From the NCBI GenBank assembly GCA_000934665.2, contig JYFJ02004457.1:1-32018 (forward strand): a DNA stretch of 32,018 nt, in the 5' to 3' direction. A program made the translations under genes and the position numbers. The notes below the pieces were generated by a model. That model saw only the letters and a list, made by a program, of their open reading frames with translations, searched no databases and was not told the DNA's origin. The DNA comes from Catajapyx aquilonaris. Taxonomy: Eukaryota. Position 1 is the first letter of the stretch. Each line of letters begins with the position of its first letter. Shown here one piece after another: positions 23,814 to 32,018 of the stretch.

Positions 23814-25299
23814 GCTTTTGTCAGGTGGCGCTAGAGCTTAAATGAGAACCGATCGTATCTTTCTCGAGGGCTCTCTTCAACATGGGTGATTGAAACTTAA
23901 AGAGTTGTTAGGAACTTCGGTTTTTACGACTTTCTGAAGAACATTTTTACAATGATGTAACTTAGGAGTTGCATTATCCTATAACTAAAATGGGCACTTA
24001 AATTGGAACAAGCTTCAGCTGAATAATACTGGCTGTTGTTGTCAAAACCAAACGTAGCGCCTTCATAAGCAACAGTTTCCTTTGTGTCTTCGTGCTTTGC
24101 ATGAAAAGAAGACAAGAGGCAGTGGTAAGTCAGTGTCATTGCCCCTCCTTTCAGCTCCAGGCAACTTATTGTTCCTTAGATCATAGAAAGCTAGGGGTCC
24201 CTACTAGCTGCAATTATTACTCTCCCGTCCCTTGCATTGTGCATTCACTTAGGTAAAGTTGAAACACCTGGAACTAAAGGCAAGGGACTAATGAGGACAG
24301 AGAGAGAGCAAGAGTCAGGGGATAATTTGAACCAGATCTGAAACGAGCGAGCCAGGGCGGGTCTCGGGGAGAGAAGAGACCTTGGAGGGTTTTGCATTGC
24401 AAAAGAGCGGAATTTGCACTAAGACCAAGTCGAAATTTGAATCCAAACGGAGCTCGTCTAGCAAGGCGCTCCAAGTGTCAATTACTTCTAAAAGGAGGGG
24501 CAAACTTAGAAACATTGACAGGAGAAGATTCTGACATGTCTTTGGCCGTTGAAACATTGGGAAATAGAAGGATCAGCAACATTTCGCCATTTTAGTGAGA
24601 AAGTGACGCTCCTCACTAGAGGGCGCAGTAGCGTCTGGGGCCTAGTGGGGAGGGCTCTTTTGTAGAGTGATACGTGGCTGGTCGCCCAAACCTGCGTATT
24701 ATTGTACCACGACCTTCTGAGGGATGACCTGAGGAGGCCACCCCTTACAAATTACAAGCATTCATTTCATTATCCCGAATGTTTCGACATCTAAAAATTA
24801 CATCTGCTCCAAAAAGGTACGAAACTCTTTAAGATTGATATCACCTCGTAAAAACCTTCCTTCTGCAAAACCCTTCAAAAAAACAGCACCTTATAAATAA
24901 TTACACCATGAAAGAGCATCTGAACTTCCATTTTAAGAGGGGAAAGGTCACCTCATTTATTTTCAGGTGATGCTTGTAAGAAAGCCCATTTGTGCAAACA
25001 AAAGGGGTCTCGTCTAAAACTTTTTTTCCACCTCCCATCCATAATGAAGAGGTGTTGTAAAAGCTGGATTAAATACACTCACACCTCCTGGTAATGGCCC
25101 CATAATCCAAAGTAAGGCTCTCCCAAAAATTTTGAGTAAGTTGAGTCATAAAAATCCGTGCACCTGTTTTACTTCCTAGAGAGAAAAAAAAGTTTCAGTG
25201 TGAAGGGAGGGTTAAACACGCAGGCAAGCCTGGAAAGCGCAATTTGGGGGCTTTACCCACACTTTCTGCTCCGCTTTGCAATTAGATGGGTTATGGAGC

Positions 25300-25740
25300 C
25301 AGGAGACAGCTTAGTGATTAGTTCGATGGCGCTAAGCCTAAAAGTACACACATTTTCCGATATTGTAAAGCCCAGCCTGGAATAGGACAGCTGAAGTGGA
25401 GCTTCTCGTTTGAGAGGAAGGGTATGTGTGTGATATAATCCTTCGATTTTCTGTCTCGACTTGGAGGAAAAGGAAGGGAAAAAAATTAATGGAGAACATG
25501 CTTTTTAGACGTGACATGCTTTGCCTTTAAGAAGTTTTCGCACCTGAGCAAGCTATAAACTTGAGGAAAGTTGGATGACCTTTCGGAGGTGCCAGAAGCA
25601 GGGAGGGGTCGATGAATTTGGTTTTTGGGAGGTCCTGTGAAGTTTTGTGTTTTGGTATCAGAGTTTGGGGGCCTTGTTGCTGCTTTTTGGTGGGAGGGAT
25701 ATAATGCATATGGACCTCAAAGGGGGCAGTGGGAGTCTGC
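25300..25740 (-). pseudogene. Possible I-group LINE endonuclease remnant
   Basis: SICIISLPP/HYIPP (cf. TICSxYxPP), DLPKTKFI (cf. QLPxPFI) and SAIELI (cf. SAIDL) occur in order. Confidence 0.25.
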
Positions 25741-26329
25741 TACTGTATAGTTCGGGTTGATATTTCAAACCATGTTTACAGTCAGGAACACAAATATAGG
25801 ACTGCACACTCGAGGTAATGCTATTGCAGTGGAATATGTATTTATTTTTAGATGACATGGTTTACCTCCACTGAATGGTATTATTTTTAACATGTCAGTG
25901 TATATACTGTAAATAGCACCTGGATGTCTGCAAAACTGTACTCCTATAACCTTTATTTTGATTTATGGCGTCACTGTACTATGTAGAGTGTGTAAATAAA
26001 ATTATGTGGCGTGCAGTACTTGCACATTATTTCTGCAATCTATAATTATAACTAGAATATTTTTGCACAAAGGTCCTGGAAATTTATGACATGTATGATG
26101 CACACATAGCATACATTATTAAATGTTTAAAATCCTGTTAAAATCAATAATTTGCTGTTTTGTTGCAATGATTCTGCTTAACAGAACTGGTTTCAGATAC
26201 AACTGTCTGTTTTTATAAAAACTCAATTAACTTTCGATGTAGCGTTTAAATGAGTTGGAATTCAGGTCCATGAACTTTGTCTTTACATGTCCTCTTGGCA
26301 GGCAAGTTCAAGCCAACTTGGACAGGTCG

Positions 26330-26440
26330 AATGAAATGCGGGTAAGGATACGACCGAGCCAAGTGTCTCAGGTACAGGAATAGAACCTGGGACCTTTACG
26401 CCTTTCTAGCTGCGGCTTACCCACAAGACCACAGTACGCT
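26330..26440 (-). mobile_element. tRNA-derived SINE head (degenerate)
   Basis: On the minus strand an A-box-like TGGTCTTGTGG (26431-26421) and a B-box-like GGTTCTATTCC (26387-26377) are 33 nt apart, which is tRNA-like spacing. I cannot fold an intact cloverleaf. Confidence 0.5.
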
Positions 26441-26649
26441 TCCCCTTCAATATTGGACTTAAGTGACCCAGCACCTCAGCCCGTTTACACTCAGAGAAAT
26501 GCCTTCATTTAATCAGTCCACTAGATACGAGCCACATCCCACCAAAGCGAGTGGCTGACACTGATTACTCTAACAATGAAATATAATAATATCAGGAATT
26601 CACAAAACGTACTCACACTTTAAATCTGATTGATGACATTATTTTGAGA

Positions 26650-26706
26650 CATGGAATCGGAAAACTGGTTATGTTACTGTAACATAACCAGTTTTCCGAT
26701 TCCATG
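26650..26706. repeat. Perfect palindrome, 28-bp arms, centred on TACTGTA
   Basis: CATGGAATCGGAAAACTGGTTATGTTAC-T-GTAACATAACCAGTTTTCCGATTCCATG. Confidence 0.97.
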
Positions 26707-27089
26707 ATTTATTTATATATTAATTAACTAGTAACTCTCTCTTGCGGGACACATTTGGGACAGCAGAAGTAACAATAATTTTGATCATGATGATCATGAT
26801 GATTAAAATGTGTGTTGATATGTGCGTGACCAATATTGCAGGCCTTTATCACGACAACTCACGATAGACAGTATTGACTGCAGGGAGTGGTCGATGGGCA
26901 AGTGATCGACTCATTACATGTCCCACACGTTATATCAAGACTTGGTGGTCCTGCGAAACTTTCCCACTTTCCCTCACCCCCTTTGAAAACCCCTCGTGGG
27001 TGGAGATGTGGTTCGTCAATTTAATGCAAAGCTTCTGTATGCATGCATTACAGAGCGGGTATTGATGTTTCGCGGGTGCGGTCCTGGAA

Positions 27090-27333
27090 TCCAGGCAGGA
27101 AACTGGTGGCTTGTCCTTTTCCCGCCAGAAGCTTCCTCTTTTTAACATCCAGGCAAAGGAAGTAAAAAATAGAAGAGAAAAACCTACCTCCCAGCAGGTC
27201 TCCCCACAAATCAAGGCATGGCAGAGGCCATTTTAAGGCTAACTTTCGCCTGCCCTTTTCCCCGCGAGGCCAAGAGATAGGCTTGAATGGTCTCATCTTC
27301 CTGGCGGAGACGGACAAATGAGGAGGGCCACCA
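27090..27333 (-). pseudogene. Ty3/Gypsy reverse transcriptase N-terminal remnant
   Basis: WPSSFVRLRQEDETIQAYL (cf. WSSPxVxVxKKDGxxRxCxD), then after a frameshift WPLPCLDLWGDLLGGRFFSSI (cf. YPLPxIDxLxxxLxGxxxFSxLD), then GQATSF (cf. KTAF). Confidence 0.55.
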
Positions 27334-27518
27334 ACTTCACTTCGACCGTGACTTACGAGGGGTCGTCCACGTGTTAAGCCTGAAAGAGGGTCGTGACATT
27401 TTGTGGGGAAAGGGGGTTAAGGTGTGGAGAGAGACCTCCAGGTAGATGGAGAGGGACTTTGTGGCAAGTGATATATCTTGAAATATCATTTTTTGAGCTT
27501 TTTATAATAATATGATGT

Positions 27519-27612
27519 GTACTATGGGCGCCAAAAGAATTGACCGGAGTTGATGGGTATATGGCGCTATATACCCATCAACTCCGGTCAATTCTTTTGG
27601 CGCCCATAGTAC
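27519..27612. repeat. Zero-spacer palindrome, 47-bp arms, 46/47 paired
   Basis: GTACTATGGGCGCCAAAAGAATTGACCGGAGTTGATGGGTATATGGC|GCTATATACCCATCAACTCCGGTCAATTCTTTTGGCGCCCATAGTAC. The only mismatch is 27563 G against 27568 T. Confidence 0.97.
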
Positions 27613-27682
27613 CTTCCTCCAACGTAAATTACCTTCCAACTATAAACCAGCAGTACTGTAACGCACATTGAAGAGCACGCTG

Positions 27683-28216
27683 TATCCTGACAGTTCAACG
27701 CAAATCAAGTGCCTCTACTGTGTTGCGGGAAGTAGAAATTCCAGGCGCGAAATGAATGACGCCAACTCCACCAGAATGGCTCTCACTTTACATGTGAAGC
27801 ATCTACTTAGATTATGGTTATATGGCTACTTTCAGCAGGATCTGATGCCGAAAATTCTTTCACCTACAAAATATTTGCAGTGTTATATGCAATTATTTTC
27901 AAAACGACATTTTAACTCTGCAAGATTCTGCAGCATATTATTATTCTTCAACATTTTATCAACTGAATTGAATCTGACACCTTTTATGATCCGCCTATTC
28001 ATATGAGTGATTATGATTATCTCCGGTGTATTTTACAGTGTTGAAGAGTAACGTAAAGGACTTTATCCTGACTATACCACGCAACCCAAGTGCCTCTTCT
28101 GCGTTGCGGGAAGGAGGAATTTCTGGCGCGAAATGAATGGCACGAACTCAATCAGAAGAGCTCCCCACTTTACATGGAAAGCACCGCATAGATCAATGTT
28201 ACAGGTCTACTTACAG
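27683..28216. repeat. Diverged direct repeat, two copies of about 153 bp
   Basis: Copies at 27683-27835 and 28064-28216. The core CAAGTGCCTCT...GCGCGAAATGAATG is 47/53 identical. Confidence 0.85.
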
Positions 28217-28539
28217 AGAGAACTTGGTGAGGAATAGAGAAAAATACTCTATAGTCCGAAGAAAATTGGCAGTTGAAAAATTATCCATCTTTAAGAAAAA
28301 CATGGCCTGTTCTGAGTGAACAAGCAATTGACTTACACATTGTCATAATAACATATTTCTCTGAAAATCGAGCCGCAAATAATTTTCCATAAAAAAAAGA
28401 ACGTGACCATTCTTCATGACAAGCAGCGCAAGCGAAAATCCAAGTCGCGTAATCCAAAGAATATCAAAAAAGCTAATCCGGATCTGGAGAGTGGATTTCC
28501 TTGACATAAATCTATCCCCTAGGCGAGTTCGAAGGAGTG

Positions 28540-28860
28540 TGAAATATGACGGCCATGGTGATAGCAGCCTTCCCAATGGTCCAAGGAAAGAAAAAAAAAG
28601 TAGATGATAGAGGGTATGGGGGTATCTCTCGGTTCTTGAGAAATATGTTCCTCGTCGTTAGTGTATATTTTTATGGCGCCATATTTTAGCAGGGCTCCAG
28701 GCAGGAAAAATGCTCGGGTGAGTGGAATTGCTGCCATGAAAACCGAGCCTTTGGACAAGTTGACGCTTGTTTTACGATCCTAGGGAGGCAACCGATAATG
28801 GATTAATTCCGATGTGATATTGACAAATTCGAGAGGGGGTTCCATGCCTGAGGATGGTCT
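28540..28860 (-). pseudogene. Possible DIRS/Ngaro-like tyrosine recombinase C-terminal remnant
   Basis: NPLSVASLGS*NKRQLVQRLGFHGSNSTH (cf. PLS...LxxLLxxLG...HS), FFLPGA (cf. FRxGA) and LGRLLS (cf. LGRWxS). A Gypsy integrase reading (ILRHGTPSRI) is an alternative. Confidence 0.25.
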
Positions 28861-29533
28861 GATATAGTCTATAAGTAGGAAAGTCGCTTAAAATAGGTGG
28901 AGGAAACAAAATAATATTTGTGATACATTAGGTTTTTAAACGAAGGTAAACAAAACATGATTGCATATTTTAAGGCTGTCTGTTAAGTCTTTACAGTAAT
29001 AATGTGGAGAATTTGACCCTGTCCAGATAAACACTGATCTGAAATATAAATCTTTTTTCCTACTGTTAAAAAAACCAGGCATCTCTCTTGTCAAAGAATA
29101 AGGTTTGTGACGTTAAAATCCAATCCCACAAACGCTATCTTTAATTAATATTAAACAATTTACAATGCGACGTAATGAAGCCGAGATTCTTATCTAGAAT
29201 GCAAACCAGCCTCGCCTATTTTTGATCAAATCAGATGGATTTCCTCTCCATTCTCCATTCAAAAGTAGTACCCACCATTTTATACTGTACAGTTCGCGTT
29301 TCTTTCCTCATAGTTAAGATCTTACTGCTTTCCTCTTCAGTATTCATTCTCAGTTTAAGCAGATTAAAAAACTTCTTTGATCCAATCATCCTCACAAATC
29401 GATAAAGCTCAGTTTCTTCATCCAGAACATGGAATTGACGCAAAATCGATTTACATAACATTTTTGGAGATAATCTTTAAATGGCAATCACCATTTCAGA
29501 TAGTTTCTAACCAATATTTGCTCTGCTCTGTAC

Positions 29534-29664
29534 CATTGGGTGCAATTAGTTCCGGCCTGGTCTTGAAGCAACCCTTCGTACAGTCCCCACGGTGAGGAGG
29601 TATGTGTGTGTGATGGATTGCTTCAAGACCAGGATAAAGTGGCCGGAACTAATTGAACCCGATG
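29534..29664. mobile_element. Small MITE-like inverted repeat
   Basis: CATTGGGTGCAATTAGTTCCGGCCTGGTCTTGAAGCAA pairs with TTGCTTCAAGACCAGG(ATAAAGT)GGCCGGAACTAATTGAACCCGATG, with one short indel and a spacer of about 46 nt. Confidence 0.75.
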
Positions 29665-31202
29665 CATACCAAACCTGACTATGTATGACATGTTAAGACA
29701 AATAGGCCAATTGGTCAGGACAATATTTCACACTTTATCTAAAAGTATGATGCAACAATCTGGCAACACTGATCAAGAATAAAGGAGTGGAAGATAATTA
29801 TTTTTGTTCTTGATTTTCTTCCTTTCGAGCAACATGGCGCTTGGATTTCCTATCTACGAAAGGCTTTAGGTTGTGGTATGGATTTCCGCCAACTTTGGCG
29901 ACTTCCGTCACTTTTCCCATCGAAAAAGACTTCATCTCCAATTCTCTTGTCATCCCAGCTGGCTCTTGGCATTCTACATCCGTGCATTGAACAGGAGGTT
30001 CTGGCCAGAGTTTGCATGTTCCACTCAATTTTGAAAACGTGATTTAATCCTCTTGATCTCGCCTCGTCTCCGCAGCCTCCACGGTTTACTTATGCTCATT
30101 TTAGTCAGGTTTCACTACGTGAGCAGTAGACAAATGGCAATATGCGAATATAATAGCCAGATCTAGGATTACAGTTCAGTCTCCGGAGATAGTCTTTAGA
30201 CGAGTTAATCAAGCTCTATTCTGCCATCACTTTTTAGAGTTAAATGTGGATAACCTACTTATGATAACTGTAGGCTTTGCTGGAATCTACAGCCAATTAT
30301 TCTGTTATTAGATGTCAGAGACAGTTAAATTACACACTTATGCATGTCATGCAGCTACTGTATTGTATAATAAGATGGAAAGAAAACCATGCAGTAAAGT
30401 AGGTTGAAAAAGCAACAACCCAGTTCTCCAGGCTGTATCACATTTCTAAGAACTAAGAAAGCTATTTTTTGCTCCTTTTATCTTTACTGCAACCATTAGA
30501 AAGGTGATGGCTCGGGGGCAGAGTTACTTTTCTCTTTATTTCGAGGTTGTTACTTTGATCCACCCGAGGTCCTACAGTGGGCGACACGATTTTTTTCCCG
30601 AGCCATCTAATCCAGCTGTGCGTATAATACTGTACGAAAGGGCGTGGCATGTCCAGATGGTCTTATAGTACAGCATATGTTATTGAAAATACAGGATTAT
30701 TCATATGACGTTGCCTTTTCAGATATATCCGGTATCATTTACATCAAAAGAAATATGCACATTTTTCTATTTAAAAATATGTGTAGGGTCAGGCTTCATG
30801 AGTTTTCAAAAAAATGGAGTGGCCACTTCAATAACATATAAAGGGGTCTTCCGAACAATTGCGGTACCTACAAAAGGGGCTACCTTTTTATCCTAGGATT
30901 CTGACAAAGGCAGGTGTGACACCGACATGCACAATGCCATTGCGTCGTCGCGTTCGCCCACCATTGTCGAGTAGTCAAGCGAGGTAAAGCGGCCATAAAA
31001 AGCCTTTATGAAGTGTATGTTAGGCACTGGACACTCTTACAGGGGACCGTTTAGAAGGAAGGGTTACAACACTGGGATGAGCCTTTTTATGTATATACTG
31101 TAGTACTCTGGTAGTGCACATACATATTTTTTAGTATGTTAGTTTTGAGCAGATGTGCTAGTTTCTACCTTTTTTTCCAAGTGGTGTTGAAGCGGGGACT
31201 TT

Positions 31203-31547
31203 GTGTTCATCAGGGCGGAAAAGCTTTCCGTCGTAGTGTGGACACAGCAGTTCATTAAGTTTTATGGGATTAGTGCCGTGGGAGGGATAGGTTTGAAATT
31301 AACGCCATGGAAGCGTGCCTTGGTTTTGCAAGAGGCGGCCACTTCGGGCGGAAAAGGTTTTAAAATGCTAATTAGTACGTTATTAATATTTAACAGATGC
31401 TACGGTCAGGTTGGAGGTAGACAACATATCCACACGAGTATAATAGGAAACCTCGACGCATATATGATGAAAAACAGTATTAGAAAAAAATGGAATAATG
31501 TGACAAAGCAGACCATGTTAGGAATTTACACTAATTTCCTGGAGTAA
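31203..31547 (+). pseudogene. RTE-like LINE APE endonuclease remnant
   Basis: The 114-aa ORF contains AVGGIGLKLTP (cf. GGVGxLLSP), LIFNRCYG (cf. IISCYxP) and IIGNLDAY (cf. IxGDFNA). Confidence 0.45.
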
Positions 31548-31725
31548 AAAGGTTGCAAATGTTGCATAAATGTATAGCTTAGGGCTGAATTTTTGATATA
31601 TTAATATGACGCTAATCATAGTTGCTTCCGCACAAAATGACATAATTTCGTTACGTGTGTACGATACGCATAGGTTATACAGTGTTGGACTAATCGCCTC
31701 ATACTGCTTGCGGCATCTTCAGACC

Positions 31726-31911
31726 CGGCAGAAGTGCAAATCGAAGTGATTGAGTGTGAGCCGTGCGAGTAAGAAGAGGTAGGCCTTGAGTGACGTCACC
31801 GGCTGAGGGCAATGGAGAAAAGGCTTGTCCCCAGCCAGTGACGTCACTCAAGGGCTACCATTTCTTACTCGCACGGCTCGCACTCTGTCACTTCGATCTG
31901 CACGTCTGCCG
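31726..31911. mobile_element. Foldback/MITE with 87-bp inverted arms
   Basis: 31726-31812 pairs with 31825-31911 (about 85% identity, 12-nt spacer). Each arm carries a TGACGTCA (31791 and 31839). Confidence 0.85.
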
Positions 31912-31966
31912 CATCGGAAAATGTCGCTAGCATATGACAGAATTAATATCCAGCACTGTACGTAAT

Positions 31967-32018
31967 CAGTGGCGTAGGCAGGAAATTTTTTCGGGGGGGG
32001 GGGGGCCCATGGCCGATC
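31967..32018 (+). mobile_element. Left end of a CAGTGGCGTAG-type (hAT-like) MITE, truncated by the window edge
   Basis: CAGTGGCGTAGGCAGG is followed by a T-run and a G-run, an arrangement typical of this class of invertebrate and fish non-autonomous elements. Confidence 0.55.

Noticed and set aside
24400..24480. LLDELRLDSNFDLVLVQ resembling the N-terminus of a LINE endonuclease
   Set aside because: It is a single weak motif and lies downstream of, rather than upstream of, the other endonuclease-like fragment on the same strand.
29758..29771. TCTGGCAACACTG, a hAT-like terminal sequence
   Set aside because: No partner end or 8-bp TSD was found.
29960..30028. Sushi/CCP-like peptide CKLWPEPPVQCTDVECQEP on the minus strand
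   Set aside because: It is too short, the remaining Cys and Trp residues of a CCP domain are missing, and there are no convincing splice sites.
31686..31725. Hammerhead ribozyme core (minus-strand CTGAAGA...GGCG)
   Set aside because: The GAAA box is missing (GATT instead) and stem II does not pair well. Other CTGANGA sites also lacked the required context.
1..32018. CRISPR array, prokaryotic operon, or intact protein-coding genes among the listed ORFs
   Set aside because: There are no regularly spaced repeats. All ORFs are 114 aa or shorter, many with non-ATG starts, consistent with random ORFs or decayed relics in eukaryotic DNA.

Overview
This window looks like animal (probably marine invertebrate, deuterostome-like) non-coding DNA at roughly 40% GC. 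It has no intact gene: the longest ORF is 114 aa, and I see no rRNA, intact tRNA or CRISPR array. It is a mosaic of four things. (1) Heavily decayed coding 'ghosts' recognisable only by motif order: LINE RT/endonuclease pieces, Penelope-like RT and GIY-YIG, Ty3/Gypsy RT, DIRS-like tyrosine recombinase, an intronless class-A GPCR and a C2H2 zinc-finger array. (2) Several foldback/MITE-like elements and one tRNA-derived SINE head. (3) About 30 copies of the Tc1/mariner-type excision footprint TAC(A/T)GTA, roughly 5x the composition-based expectation. (4) Five unrelated, near-perfect palindromes with 0-1 nt spacers (26-94 bp), each with TA at or next to the centre and one centred exactly on a TACTGTA footprint. 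The link between (3) and (4), possible fold-back repair at transposon excision sites, is the most interesting signal. All family calls were made by eye without database searches. The decay pattern is odd enough that the provenance of the sequence (real assembly versus noisy or synthetic) should be checked first.
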